Positions 19,327 through 29,798 of a stretch of 58,589 nucleotides of DNA are shown in pieces. Position 1 is the first letter of the stretch. Each line of letters begins with the position of its first letter. The DNA lies in contig DIHE01000067.1 of the NCBI GenBank assembly GCA_002420005.1, forward strand, positions 4,229 through 62,817, read 5' to 3'. The stretch comes from Holophagales bacterium UBA5704 (GTDB taxonomy: Bacteria > Acidobacteriota > Thermoanaerobaculia > Multivoradales > UBA5704). The notes beneath the pieces were generated by a model. The model saw only the letters and a program-made list of their open reading frames with translations. It was not told the DNA's origin and did not search any database. The translations under genes and the position numbers were made by a program.

Positions 19327-20630
19327 GCGAGCCCTCGCCCTCGACCCCTCCTCCTCCGGCCCAGCCACCGATCGATCCGCGGCGCCTTGCCGGGGTCCTG
19401 GTCCAGCGTGTCGGCCGGGCTCCCCTGGTGCTCGGCGGGACGGTCGTCCTTCTCGCGCTGTGGACGGGCGCCTTCCTCCTCGCGGGGAAGAAGCCCGGCG
19501 AGAGAGCGGCCCAGCCGCCCGCTCCTCCCCCGAACGCCGAGTCGTCGCCCGGCACCCGGGAGCTCGTGCAGCGGTTCCTCGAAGAGTCCCGCCGCCAGGC
19601 CGAGCAAGACGCCGCCGCGGCCCGGGCCGACCGGTTTGCCGCTCAGGAGCCCGGAGATTTCTATGGAGCCCCGCCCCCTCCCTACGGCCCTCCGCCGGCC
19701 GCGGAGAGCGCCCCTCCTTCCTGGGAAGTGCGCGAGGAACCCCGCCGGCTCGATCGCCGGATCGAGAGAGAACCGCGCGATCCCGCGGCGGAGAGGCTCC
19801 AGAGAGCCCTCGAAGCCTCTCCTCTCGTCTCCGTGGCACGGCCGGATTCCGGCGGGCTCGCCGAGCCGCCGGCTTCTCCCCTGGAAGGCCTTCTCGCCGC
19901 CACCGAGCGGCTCGCCCAGCTCACCCAGCAGCCGGCGCCGCCCGGCACGCCGGAAGGGTTTCCCGAAGGGTTCCCGAACGCCCTTCCCGCACGGTTGCAG
20001 CCGGCGACACCTTCTGCGGCCCTGCGGACGTCTCCCAACCGCCCGGCGTCCCCTTTCACGCTGGCGGCCGGCACGCTCCTCCCCGCCGTTCTCACCTCCG
20101 CCGCCAACTCCGACGCCCCCGGCACCGTCTCGGCCGTCGTCAACCGGGACGTCTTCGACTCCCGTACCGGCGCGTTCCTCCTCGTCCCCGCCGGCTCGCG
20201 CCTGCTCGGGACCTCCGGCACCGCGGTCCACGGACAAAACCGGCTGGAGATCACCTGGAGCCGGCTCACTCTGCCCGACGGGACGACCTACGAGCTCGGC
20301 GCCATGCCCGCCGCCGATTCCTCCGGCGCGACCGGTGTGCGCGACCGCACCAACCGGCATCTCGGCCGGACCTTCGGCTCCGCGCTCCTCCTGTCGGTGT
20401 TCACCGCCGCCGCCCAGCTCTCGCAACCCAACTCGTTCAGCGGTGCGCTGCGCGCCCCGACCGCCCAGGAAATCGCCGCGGGCGCACTCGGCCAGCAGGT
20501 GAACACCACGGCCGACGCTCTCATCGAGCGCGAGCTGCGCATCCCTCCAACCCTCGTTGTGCGGCCGGGTACGGCCTGCCAGGTCGTCGTCACCGCCGAC
20601 CTTGTCTTCCCGGGACCGTTCCGTCCATGA
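19323..20630 (+). CDS. trbI: TrbI/VirB10
   Basis: AGTLLPAVL, VFDSRTG...VPAGSRLLG, IPPTLVVRPG. Confidence 0.9.
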   Translation: MSEPSPSTPPPPAQPPIDPRRLAGVLVQRVGRAPLVLGGTVVLLALWTGAFLLAGKKPGERAAQPPAPPPNAESSPGTRELVQRFLEESRRQAEQDAAAARADRFAAQEPGDFYGAPPPPYGPPPAAESAPPSWEVREEPRRLDRRIEREPRDPAAERLQRALEASPLVSVARPDSGGLAEPPASPLEGLLAATERLAQLTQQPAPPGTPEGFPEGFPNALPARLQPATPSAALRTSPNRPASPFTLAAGTLLPAVLTSAANSDAPGTVSAVVNRDVFDSRTGAFLLVPAGSRLLGTSGTAVHGQNRLEITWSRLTLPDGTTYELGAMPAADSSGATGVRDRTNRHLGRTFGSALLLSVFTAAAQLSQPNSFSGALRAPTAQEIAAGALGQQVNTTADALIERELRIPPTLVVRPGTACQVVVTADLVFPGPFRP

Positions 20631-21370
20631 ACGCGCCCCGGATTCTCGCCGTCACCAACCAGAAGGGCGGCGTCGGCAAGACCACTCTCACCTTTCACCT
20701 CGCCGTGCGCGCGGCCGAGGAGGGCCACCGCGTCTTGCTCGTCGACTTCGACGCCCAGGGCAACGCCTCGACCGCGCTTCTCGGCTCCCTGCCGCCCACC
20801 CTTCGCTCCCATGAGGGGGCCGCCGAGGTCTTCCTTGCCAAGGAGATTCATCCTCTCCCGACACCGGCCGGGGTCGACCTGCTCCCCGGCCACCAGCATC
20901 TCGACGGCGTTGATGCCTTCCCCTTCGAGGACACGCCCGAACGCCTCGGTTTTCTCCTCGGGCTTCCGTACGACTTCATCCTCTTCGACACGCCCCCCTC
21001 GGTGGGGCTCCGCAACCTCGCGCCTCTCCTCTGGGCCGACCGCGTCTTCATCCCGATCGAGCCCAACAGCTTCGCCGCGGCCGGTCTCGCCAACACGCTC
21101 GACACGATCGTCGACGTGCGCGCCACCAACCCGCGGCTCGCCTTCACCATCCTCATCAACCGGCTGATTCCCAATTCCAGCCAACAACGCGCCCACATCG
21201 CCTCCCTCTCGGGGCTCGCGCCGATCTATTCTCCCTATCTGGCGAACCGCGTCGCCGTCGGCGGCGCTCTCGATCAGTGCCTTCCGGTCTGGAAGTACAA
21301 GCGGGCCGATCCCCGGCTGCGCCACCTCTGGAGGGCTCTCTGCGGAGACTTGCTCTATGGTCGGAACTAG
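20627..21370 (+). CDS. parA: ParA ATPase
   Basis: NQKGGVGKTT, DFDAQGNAS, FDTPPS. Confidence 0.93.
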   Translation: MNAPRILAVTNQKGGVGKTTLTFHLAVRAAEEGHRVLLVDFDAQGNASTALLGSLPPTLRSHEGAAEVFLAKEIHPLPTPAGVDLLPGHQHLDGVDAFPFEDTPERLGFLLGLPYDFILFDTPPSVGLRNLAPLLWADRVFIPIEPNSFAAAGLANTLDTIVDVRATNPRLAFTILINRLIPNSSQQRAHIASLSGLAPIYSPYLANRVAVGGALDQCLPVWKYKRADPRLRHLWRALCGDLLYGRN

Positions 21371-22328
21371 CGGAACCAGCGTTCGTGAACGACTGCGCCA
21401 GGGGGCCGAGGCCCTCCTCGCCCGCTCGGCGCATGAGATCGCGCTCGACAGGATCGAGCCCGATCCCGACCAGCCGCGCAAGTCCCACGACCCCGAACGG
21501 GCCGTGGAGCTCGCCGAGAGCGTCCGTTCGCAAGGCGTCCTCTCGCCGCTCCTCGTCACCCTGATCCCCGGGACCGACCGCTACCGGATCGTTTTCGGGG
21601 AAAGGCGCTATCACGCGGCGCGGGAAGCCGGTCTCAACGCGGTCCCCTGTGTCGTTCGCGAGCAGCTCGATCCGCTCCAGATCCTTGTCATCCAGTTGAC
21701 CGAAAACCTCCAGCGCGAGGACCCACGCCCGCTCGAGGTGGCCGCCTCGATCGCCCGGCTCGAAGAGCCGGGTGCCTTTGGCCTCAGCCGCTCCGAGATC
21801 GCCCGGCTTCTCGGCCGTTCCCCGTCCTGGGTCTCCAACATGCTCTCTCTCCTTGCGACCCAGGGCACGACCCGCCAGGCGCTCGACGAAAACCACCTGC
21901 GCGACCCGGAGACCAGCCGGCTGTTCAGCCGTCTGCCGCAGGACGAGCAGGAGGCTCTCCTTGCAGAGGCGCGCTCCTCCGGCCTGCCGATTCGCCGCAG
22001 CTCCGTCCGCCGGCACCTCGGGACGACAGCCGGTGAGGCGGCGGGACCCGAACAGCCCACCGAGCCCCCGGTCGCTTCCGCGCCCGAGGTCCCTGCGGTG
22101 GGGAAGGGGAGCCCGGAGCCCTCCCGCGAGGCGACCTCTGCGGCTCCCGAGCCGCAAGCGCCTCGACGCCGCGGCCGGCCGGCCGGCCAGGCGCCTCGCG
22201 TCATCAACCTCCCGGCTCTGTCCTGGCAGGAGGTTCTGAACCTGTTTCGCCTCCTCGACGTTGAACCCCCGTCCGATCCCTCCGAGCTTCCCGAGGCCTT
22301 CGTGCGCCTTCGCGACGCTCTGAGCTGA
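21357..22328 (+). CDS. parB: ParB partition protein
   Basis: PDQPRK, GERRYHA, ENLQRED, HTH. Confidence 0.93.
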   Translation: MVGTSGTSVRERLRQGAEALLARSAHEIALDRIEPDPDQPRKSHDPERAVELAESVRSQGVLSPLLVTLIPGTDRYRIVFGERRYHAAREAGLNAVPCVVREQLDPLQILVIQLTENLQREDPRPLEVAASIARLEEPGAFGLSRSEIARLLGRSPSWVSNMLSLLATQGTTRQALDENHLRDPETSRLFSRLPQDEQEALLAEARSSGLPIRRSSVRRHLGTTAGEAAGPEQPTEPPVASAPEVPAVGKGSPEPSREATSAAPEPQAPRRRGRPAGQAPRVINLPALSWQEVLNLFRLLDVEPPSDPSELPEAFVRLRDALS

Positions 22329-22369
22329 TTCCACTTTTTCGTTGCCCGATTTCCAAGGGAGAAACCCCG

Positions 22370-25300
22370 ATGACCCGTTGCCTGTCTCGCGCTGCTACAA
22401 GCGTAGCGTGCGCTCTCGCCTTCCTCCTCTTTCCCTTCGCCGCCGTCGCCGAGCCTCTTTTCCGCGTCGAGCTCGCCGGCTTCACCGATACCGACTCCGA
22501 TGGCGCCATCGACTGCGGTGAGACCCTCCGCTTCCGGGTCAGCGTCGCCGAAACCCTCCCCTCGTCGACCGTCTCCGGGAGCCTCGTCATCCCCTCGCCG
22601 CCGGCTCAGGTCCAGGGGTGGAACTTTCAACCCGGCAGCGTCTCCGTCGATCCCACCTTCACCGTCCGCTGCAATCCCCTCGTCGTCCATGGCAATACCC
22701 CCGGCCACGACTACGCCCAGGTCGACTACTCCTGTACCACCTCTTCGCCCCCGAACGGGGGCTATGTGACCGCCTTCTACGTCAGCGGCACCTATGTCGG
22801 CTTCGGCGCCAGCACCGCCGTCGTCATTCCCGCCTCCCACCAGCAGGGATCTCTCGTCCAGAGGGTCGAGGGACTCGCCGAAGGGGCGGAGGCCTGTTTT
22901 GCTCCCGACGTCGCCTTGACCAAGACCGATGGCGGCATCACCGCCGGCCCCGGCTCGCTCGTCTCCTACACCCTCGGGCTCCGCAACATCGGTTCCTTCT
23001 CGGCCACCGCGGTCACCTTGACCGACGTCGTTCCGGCGCACACGACGTTCGACGCGGCGGCGAGCTCGCCCGGCTGGTCCTGCACGCCCGGACCTGCCGC
23101 CGGCTCCGTCTGTTCCCTTCTCGCCGGCAATCTCTCCGTCGGTGCGGCGGTCTCGCGGACCTTCGCCGTCCGCGTCGACCTGCCGGCCGGCACCTCGCTC
23201 CTCTCGAACACCGCGACGGTGACCACGACCGGTCAGGACTCCGACCTCTCGAACAACTCCGCGACCGACACCACCCCGGTCGATCCGGGTGACCCCGATC
23301 TCGTCCTCACCAAGACGCTTTCTTCCGGCTCCGGAGCCCCCGGCTCCGTCAACGTCTACTCGCTCACCGTCCGCAATGCCGGCGTCGCGCCGGCCGCGGC
23401 CGTCGAGATCTCCGAGACCGTCCCGCCCTTCACCCGCTTCGATGCCGCGGCGAGCGCCGCCGGCTGGTCCTGTGCCCCTTCGGGCAACCCGGGCTCCACC
23501 TGTGTCCTCTCCGTCGGCGCGCTCGCTCCCGGGGCCTCCCAGAGCGCCGCCTTCGGCCTCCGGATCGATGCCACTCTGCCGGCGAACGCCCTGTCGGTCG
23601 CCAACACCGCCTGCAGCTCGACGACGACCTCCGGCGATCCGGCGCCCAACAACTGCGCGACCATCACGACCCCTCTGGGTGGCGCTCCGAGTCTCTCTCT
23701 GTCCAAGACGCTGGCGTCTGGCTCCGCGACTCCCGGCTCGACGCTCACCTGGACTCTGACCCTGCGCAACACCGGCAACCGCGAGGCCGCGGCGCCCGCT
23801 CTGCGCGAGACCGTTCCGGCGAACACCGTCTTCTCGACCGCCGGCAGCTCGCCCGGATGGGCGTGCAGCCCCGGGCCGGCGGCCGGCTCGACCTGCGCTC
23901 TCCCCTTGACCGGGCTCGCAGCCGGCGCTCAGGTCTCCCGGACCTTCGCCGTGACGATCGACAATCCGCTCCCCGCCGGGGTCTCGGCGATCACCAACAC
24001 CGCGTGCGCCGCCGACCCGGCGGCCTCCGAGGCGTGCGACACGATCCGCCACCCGACCGATGCCTCTCCCTCTCTGGTGATGACCAAGACGCTCCTCTCC
24101 GGAACGGGCGAGCCCGGGACCTTCCTCGTCTACCGGCTGACCGTCGCGAACGCCGGCAACCAGGCCGCCGCCGCGGTCTCGCTCACCGAGACCGTCCCCG
24201 ACCACACCACCTACGACACGGCCAGCTCCTCGCCGGGCTGGACGTGTGTCCCGACTTCCGGCGCTGGCTCCTCCTGCTCGCTCGCCATCGGCACGCTCGC
24301 CGGTGGAGGAGCGACCGCGTCGCGCGACTTCGCCGTCCGGATCGCCAAGCCCCTCCCGGCCGGAGTGACCTCGATCGCCAACACCGCGTGCGCCGCGGCC
24401 TCGTCGGTCTCTCCCAACTGCGACGAGGAGATCACCCCGACGACCGGAGCGCCCGTCCTCGCCATCTCGAAACGACTCCTCACCGCCGATCCCGGTCCCG
24501 GCGATCTCTTGATCTACGAGATCGTCGTCTCCAACCGCGGCGATCAAGACGCCGCGGCCGTCGCGGTGAGCGATCAGCTCCCGTCGGCCACGACCTTCGA
24601 TCCGAGCGCGAGCTCGCCCGGATGGGCCTGCTCGCCGTCGAACGACGCGCCCTCCACCTGCACTCTCACGCTTCCCTCGCTCACGGCCAGCGCCTCCGTG
24701 ACCCTTCAACTCGCCGTGCGTCTCGCGGCCCCTCTCCCGGCCGGCCTGGAGTCCCTCACGAACACCGCCTGTGCCGAGCTGGGGACGCAGCGCTCCTGCA
24801 GCTCGACGTCCTCACCGCTCGGCGGCTCGCCCCTTCTCGAAATCACCAAGACCTACACGGGCGGCCCGCTCGGCGCCGGCGCCCTCCTCACCTTCCAGCT
24901 CGCCGTCACCAACGCCGGCGACCAGGACGCAGCCGGACTCACCGTCTCCGAGACGGTGCCCCAGTACGCCACGTTTCTCTCCGTCTCGAGCACTCCCGGG
25001 TGGCTCTGCTCCGGGACCTCCTCCGGTTCGACCTGTACCTTCTCGATCCCGGCTCTCGCCGTCGGGGAGATCCGCGACCTCGTCTTCGCCGTGCGCGCCG
25101 ACTCGCCGCTCCCCGCGGGCGTCGCCCAGATCGCGAACGCCGCTTGCCTGGTGAGCCCGGAGGGCTCCACCTGCGACGACGTCTCGACGCCTCTTCCGGT
25201 CGCGGTCGAGCTCTATCTCACCGATGCCCTCGACGCCGATGCGGACTCCAATGGCGCCGCGAGCGCGGGCGATACGCTGCGCTACTCCCTCTCCCTGACC

Positions 25301-25738
25301 AACCCCTCCGCCGAGGCGGCGGCCGACTTGACCGTCTCGCTCGCGCTCGACGCCCACGTGACCCTCGTCCCCGGCTCCGTCACCACCGATCTCGGAACGG
25401 TCACTCTCGGGAACGCACCCGGCGATGCGACCGTCGTCCTTGCCATCCCCCGGCTCGAAGCGGGTGCCACCGGCAACGCTTCGTTCCGGGTGGTGATCGA
25501 CTCCATTCCACCGGGCCTCGATCACCTGGTCTCTCAGGCTCGGGTCGCCGGCTCGAACTTCGCCGACGAGCCCTCCGACGACCCGGACAGTCCCGAGGAA
25601 GACGATCCGACTCTCACCCCGCTCGGGATCACCGTCACCCCCGCAGTCCAGGAGGTCCCGACGCTCGACTCGATCGGTCTCGGGCTTCTCTTCGCGGCAC
25701 TGGCCCTCTTCGGGCTCCGCTTCCTCCGCGTGGCCTGA
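22370..25738 (+). CDS. Secreted DUF11-repeat surface protein with IPTL-CTERM-like sorting signal
   Basis: Six ~125-aa repeats (LxxTK...PGWxC...STC...NTA) plus one divergent copy; C-terminal VPTLDSIGLGLLFAALALFGLRFLR. Confidence 0.85.
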   Translation: MTRCLSRAATSVACALAFLLFPFAAVAEPLFRVELAGFTDTDSDGAIDCGETLRFRVSVAETLPSSTVSGSLVIPSPPAQVQGWNFQPGSVSVDPTFTVRCNPLVVHGNTPGHDYAQVDYSCTTSSPPNGGYVTAFYVSGTYVGFGASTAVVIPASHQQGSLVQRVEGLAEGAEACFAPDVALTKTDGGITAGPGSLVSYTLGLRNIGSFSATAVTLTDVVPAHTTFDAAASSPGWSCTPGPAAGSVCSLLAGNLSVGAAVSRTFAVRVDLPAGTSLLSNTATVTTTGQDSDLSNNSATDTTPVDPGDPDLVLTKTLSSGSGAPGSVNVYSLTVRNAGVAPAAAVEISETVPPFTRFDAAASAAGWSCAPSGNPGSTCVLSVGALAPGASQSAAFGLRIDATLPANALSVANTACSSTTTSGDPAPNNCATITTPLGGAPSLSLSKTLASGSATPGSTLTWTLTLRNTGNREAAAPALRETVPANTVFSTAGSSPGWACSPGPAAGSTCALPLTGLAAGAQVSRTFAVTIDNPLPAGVSAITNTACAADPAASEACDTIRHPTDASPSLVMTKTLLSGTGEPGTFLVYRLTVANAGNQAAAAVSLTETVPDHTTYDTASSSPGWTCVPTSGAGSSCSLAIGTLAGGGATASRDFAVRIAKPLPAGVTSIANTACAAASSVSPNCDEEITPTTGAPVLAISKRLLTADPGPGDLLIYEIVVSNRGDQDAAAVAVSDQLPSATTFDPSASSPGWACSPSNDAPSTCTLTLPSLTASASVTLQLAVRLAAPLPAGLESLTNTACAELGTQRSCSSTSSPLGGSPLLEITKTYTGGPLGAGALLTFQLAVTNAGDQDAAGLTVSETVPQYATFLSVSSTPGWLCSGTSSGSTCTFSIPALAVGEIRDLVFAVRADSPLPAGVAQIANAACLVSPEGSTCDDVSTPLPVAVELYLTDALDADADSNGAASAGDTLRYSLSLTNPSAEAAADLTVSLALDAHVTLVPGSVTTDLGTVTLGNAPGDATVVLAIPRLEAGATGNASFRVVIDSIPPGLDHLVSQARVAGSNFADEPSDDPDSPEEDDPTLTPLGITVTPAVQEVPTLDSIGLGLLFAALALFGLRFLRVA

Positions 25739-25801
25739 CGCTCACGTCTCCTTGCTCCCCCCCGGCCCCGTGCCGGGGGCCTTTCTCCCGGAGGTCCTGC
25801 C

Positions 25802-26797
25802 ATGCAGCCACTCGCCGCGCTCTTCACCTTCGCCCTTTCCGCCTTTCCTCACACCTGCTCCTGGGTGTTCACCGGAGGGACTCCGCCGACCTCGACGAGC
25901 TGTCAGCCCCCGCCCGTCGTCTTCACCAGGACCGGCCCGGCGCGCGTCACCCTCACCGTCTGTGCCGGTCCCCTCTGCGACTCGGTGTCTGAGACGATCG
26001 ACGTCCTCGAACCCAAGCCGCGGATTGTGCGTGTCGTCCCGAGCCCGGCCGAGATCTACGCCGACCAGCCGTTGACCCTGACCGCCGAGGCCACGGGCAA
26101 GCCCTCTCTCGCCTTCTCCTGGAAGCTCCCAGATGGCTCGCTGATCGCCGGCAATCCCGTGGTGATCCCGCCGGGCCGGCTCTCGCCCTCCCGGGCGACG
26201 ATCCGGCTCACTCTGACCAACGAGGCGGGGAGTGCGGTCAGGACCTTCACACCGAAGATCCTTTCTCCGTCCCCGCGCATCCGCTCGCTGGCCCTCTCCC
26301 CCAATCCCACTTATCCGCGGTCGCAGCTCACCGCCACAGCCGAGGCGACCGGCCGCCCCCCGCTCACGTTTCGCTGGACGTTTCCCGATGGGAGCACGGT
26401 GGAAGGCGCTTCCGTGACGTGGGCTGTGCCGAATCTCCCCGCGAAGAGCTATCCCGTCGTCTTGACCGTCTCCAACGCCTCCGGCTCGGTCTCCGCCCGC
26501 CGCTTGCTCCGCGTGCTCCCGGATGCTGTGATCCGCGCCTTTGACCCGGTGTGCCCTGGGGCTTGCCTCTTCCCGCTCGGCCAGGCCGTCCGGTTTGTGA
26601 TCTCCACTACGGCGAGCACGCCCCGCTTCGAGATCGACTGGAATGGCGACGGCGTCTATGACGAGACCGTCACGACCCTCGAACCGCTCCACATCTACGA
26701 GACGCCGGGCTTCTTCCGACCGAGGATTCGCGTCCGCCTGCCCGATGGCCGCTACGAAACCCGGACCTCCTCCCGCAGCCTCACCATTCATCGTTGA
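25802..26797 (+). CDS. PKD/Ig-like domain protein
   Basis: FSWKLPDG, FRWTFPDG, LTVSNASG, IDWNGDG...HIYETPG. Confidence 0.7.
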   Translation: MQPLAALFTFALSAFPHTCSWVFTGGTPPTSTSCQPPPVVFTRTGPARVTLTVCAGPLCDSVSETIDVLEPKPRIVRVVPSPAEIYADQPLTLTAEATGKPSLAFSWKLPDGSLIAGNPVVIPPGRLSPSRATIRLTLTNEAGSAVRTFTPKILSPSPRIRSLALSPNPTYPRSQLTATAEATGRPPLTFRWTFPDGSTVEGASVTWAVPNLPAKSYPVVLTVSNASGSVSARRLLRVLPDAVIRAFDPVCPGACLFPLGQAVRFVISTTASTPRFEIDWNGDGVYDETVTTLEPLHIYETPGFFRPRIRVRLPDGRYETRTSSRSLTIHR

Positions 26798-26969
26798 GTC
26801 CGACCGGGCGTCTCCCTCCGGCCCCCGGGGGCCTCCGGGTCGCTACGTTCGCTTCATCTCCTCGGGGCTGGCGCCCCTGTGGGGATTCCGCTCCCATCGC
26901 TGACGCGCCCCCTCCCTCCCCTGACCATTCTCCCCGGTCGTCCTCGCGCCTTTCCAAAGCCGCCAGGCT

Positions 26970-27080
26970 GGGCGACTCGGCGGCCCCGCCAAGGGCCAAG
27001 CCTCCGGTCCTTCGCTGCGCTGCGGAGCCCTTGGCTGCGCCGCCTGGACGCCGCCCTGGTCGCGGCCCATGAGGCGCGAG
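26970..27080. repeat. Conserved upstream hairpin element, copy 1
   Basis: CAAGGGCCAAGCCTCCGGTCC...CGCTGCGC...GGAGCCCTTGGC; homologous to the copies at 27996 and 28743. Confidence 0.8.
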
Positions 27081-27147
27081 GAGAACGACCGGGGGAGCCT
27101 CCCTCGATTCCTCGTGAGCCCCTTCGAAACCAACGGAGGATCACACC

Positions 27148-27927
27148 ATGCCCTACCATGTCTCGACTCTCTTCAATGGCCAGATCATCATCGCAAAATC
27201 CTTCTTGACCTACAGGAAGGCCGCTCGGGAGGCGATGCGCAACGCCCGGGAGCTCGCCGACACCAATGCGAGGCTTCAGGAGGAGTACGCGATCCGACTC
27301 CGGACGGCGGCGTTCGACCTCGACCTGAATGACGGCGAGGTGCCGGCCTTCGCTCCACTTCGCATCGCCCACACCTTTCGCGTCGATCGATGTGAGATTC
27401 CGCACCTCTGCAACACCTGCCACGAAGCGGGTTTCCAGCGCGCAGAGGGCTGGCCGCGAAGGGGGAAGGCTTGGGATCTGGTCGACTGCGAAAGCTACAT
27501 CGAGATTCGGCGGCGTCCGGAAGCCCTTGTTTTCGAGGATGATGAGGACGCCACCGCCTTTGTCCTGACCGCGCTCCAGAGCCCCGGCACTCCGGCTGAG
27601 ATCCGCGCCGCCTGTCAGCTCGCCGTGGAGGAGATCCTCTTCTGCAACGAGCACGGCATCGGTGCATGGCGCGAGATCTATAGCCTACAGAAGAGTGCCG
27701 TCACCTCCTGTTGCGAATGCCTCGACTCCGGGTTCCTCGTGATGAACCGCGAGGAATGGGAGATCGAGGGCCTTCTCGGAGAGATCCAGGCCTGTGACTG
27801 CGGGATCTTCCCCTCCGACGAGGTGGCCTACGTGGCTGCCCGTTCTGCCGGTTACACCGTGACCGAGGAGGGCTTCGTCCTGACGGAGCCCAGCAGAGAC
27901 CGTGCTCGGCGCCGGGTGAGCCGGTGA
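27148..27927 (+). CDS. Hypothetical protein (Cys motifs CxxC, CCxC, CDC)
   Basis: GGAGG RBS; follows hairpin element. Confidence 0.7.
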   Translation: MPYHVSTLFNGQIIIAKSFLTYRKAAREAMRNARELADTNARLQEEYAIRLRTAAFDLDLNDGEVPAFAPLRIAHTFRVDRCEIPHLCNTCHEAGFQRAEGWPRRGKAWDLVDCESYIEIRRRPEALVFEDDEDATAFVLTALQSPGTPAEIRAACQLAVEEILFCNEHGIGAWREIYSLQKSAVTSCCECLDSGFLVMNREEWEIEGLLGEIQACDCGIFPSDEVAYVAARSAGYTVTEEGFVLTEPSRDRARRRVSR

Positions 27928-27995
27928 GGAAGATCCTCGCACCACCGGCGGCGCTCCCTGACCTGTCGCCCGCGCCTCTCGATTGGCCCCATTCT

Positions 27996-28103
27996 GGGCG
28001 GCGCGGTGGCTCCGCAAGGGCCGAGCCTCCGGTCCTCGCTCCGCTCGGAGCCCTGGCAGAGCCACCTCTCCCGCCGCCCGGTGCAGGGGCCATGAGGCGC
28101 GAG
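27996..28103. repeat. Conserved upstream hairpin element, copy 2
   Basis: CAAGGGCCGAGCCTCCGGTCCTCGCTCCGCTCGGAGCCCTGGC...CCATGAGGCGCGAG. Confidence 0.8.
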
Positions 28104-28177
28104 CAACCAAGGTCAGGAAAGCACTCCACCTCTCGCGAGCCTCGATCCATTCACCGGTTCCACGGAGGCAGACGCTC

Positions 28178-28597
28178 ATGTCCACCATTCCACACCAGAA
28201 CTTCACCCGGCTCCTCTCTCTCCTCCCTGACCTCGCCACCTTCGAGGCTGGCCACTACCTTCGGTTCGAAGCGGGTCCGGCTTTCATGCCCCTCTCCATC
28301 GACGTCCTCTTCCGCGAAGGGCAAAGCATCCGCCTCGCCATGGCCCACAACTTCAAGATGAATGGGGACCTGGTGCCCGATCCCGACATGGAGCTTCTGG
28401 TCGATTGCAGCGCCGGGACGGTGGAGGCGCTCACCTTCCAGGACCAGAGGGCCTACCGCGAGGTCTACCCCAGACCCGGCGTCGTCGACCAGAAACTTCG
28501 CGACGATCTCAACGCCTTCATCTCTCTGTGGCTCGGGAACATCAAGGCTCAGGGGTACCAGCTTGTCCGAAATGAGACACCCGACGAAGATAACTGA
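28178..28597 (+). CDS. DUF1249/DUF6908-like protein
   Basis: FMPLSID, MAHNFKMNGDLVPDPDME, LNAFISLWLGNIKAQGY. Confidence 0.75.
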   Translation: MSTIPHQNFTRLLSLLPDLATFEAGHYLRFEAGPAFMPLSIDVLFREGQSIRLAMAHNFKMNGDLVPDPDMELLVDCSAGTVEALTFQDQRAYREVYPRPGVVDQKLRDDLNAFISLWLGNIKAQGYQLVRNETPDEDN

Positions 28598-28742
28598 GGG
28601 CCAGAAAATTCTCTCAGGGTGGCTGAATCGCCACCAGGTCTCAGCCTCCTTTTCTCCCTCCTCGCCCCGCCCCCCCAATCCAACTCTTCCTCTCTTCTCT
28701 CCCTCCCGCCTTCCTCCGCGCCTCCTCGTGCCCGGAAAGATG

Positions 28743-28854
28743 GGGCGGCTCGGCGGGGTCCGCAAGGGCCAAGCCTTCGGTCTCCGCTGCGCTCCGAGCC
28801 CTGGCAGACCCCGCCCCGGCCGCCGCCCCGGGGGACGCGGGCACAGGAGGCGCG
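28743..28854. repeat. Conserved upstream hairpin element, copy 3
   Basis: CAAGGGCCAAGCCTTCGGTCTCCGCTGCGCTCCGAGCCCTGGC. Confidence 0.8.
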
Positions 28855-28904
28855 GAAGAAGGCGGGATGAACCCGGCTTCGATCTCCGCTCCCGGAGCAC
28901 GCTC

Positions 28905-29753
28905 ATGGACAAGAAAGAGAAAGCCCAGGCCGCCGCCCAAGAGATCCTGACCGCCTTCGAGGAGGGCTCGATTCCCAAGGCGCTCGCCAGAATGTTCGTC
29001 CACCGCAACCACGACGTGCCTTGCCGGAGCTGGTCCTTCTCCAATCGACTGCTCGCCGCTCTCCGGGGCCACTTCGACGCGCGCGGCTACCGCCAGTGGC
29101 AGGAGGTCGGGCGCTTCGTGAAGGCTGGAGAGCGGTCCTTCAGCATTCTGGTCCCCTGCATGTACAAGGCGAAAGAAGACGACCCGGCGCGGGAGATCCA
29201 AGCCGGTGACCTGGTCGTCAAGGGATTCGCTACCGCGGCGGTCTTCGGCTATCGGCAGACGGACGGCGAGCCCTTGCCCGGCGAAGCGGAGGAGGAGGTT
29301 TTCGTCGACTCGTTGCCCGTCGTGGAGGTCGCGCGTTCCTGGGGCATCGAAATCGTCACCTACAGCGGCAGAGTGGGGAGCGCTCAAGGATTCTTCACTC
29401 CCGGCCAGATCGGGCTCGGCGTTCGCAACCTCGGAACCTTCGCCCACGAGCTGATCCACGCCGCGGACCACCGACTCTCCACCATCACCCACGGCCGCGG
29501 GCAGCAGCTCGACAACGAGATCGTGGCCGAATTCGGGGGTGCCGTGCTCCTCGAATGCCTGGGATTCACGAGCGAGAGCGACCGTGGAGGAGCCTTCGCG
29601 TACATCGAGGGCTATTGCAGGAAACACAGCCGCCCCCTGATCGCCGCCGTCACCGAGCTGGTCGACCGCACCTGCAACTGTGTGGCTCTGATCCTTGAAA
29701 CCGCCGACCAGCTTCAACCCGCCGAGCCCGCCGAGGAGCGCGAGGTCGCGTGA
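28905..29753 (+). CDS. ardC: ArdC-like ssDNA-binding anti-restriction protein with zincin-like domain
   Basis: WSFSNRLL, RGYRQWQEVGRFVKAGE, VFGYRQTDG, HELIH...EIVAE. Confidence 0.75.
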   Translation: MDKKEKAQAAAQEILTAFEEGSIPKALARMFVHRNHDVPCRSWSFSNRLLAALRGHFDARGYRQWQEVGRFVKAGERSFSILVPCMYKAKEDDPAREIQAGDLVVKGFATAAVFGYRQTDGEPLPGEAEEEVFVDSLPVVEVARSWGIEIVTYSGRVGSAQGFFTPGQIGLGVRNLGTFAHELIHAADHRLSTITHGRGQQLDNEIVAEFGGAVLLECLGFTSESDRGGAFAYIEGYCRKHSRPLIAAVTELVDRTCNCVALILETADQLQPAEPAEEREVA

Positions 29754-29798
29754 CCCGGCAACGACCCGGACACCAATGAGCCTGACGAGGAGCTACAG

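Noticed and set aside
21611-24709. 1032-aa minus-strand ORF
   Set aside because: Antisense shadow of parB and the DUF11 gene in GC-rich DNA
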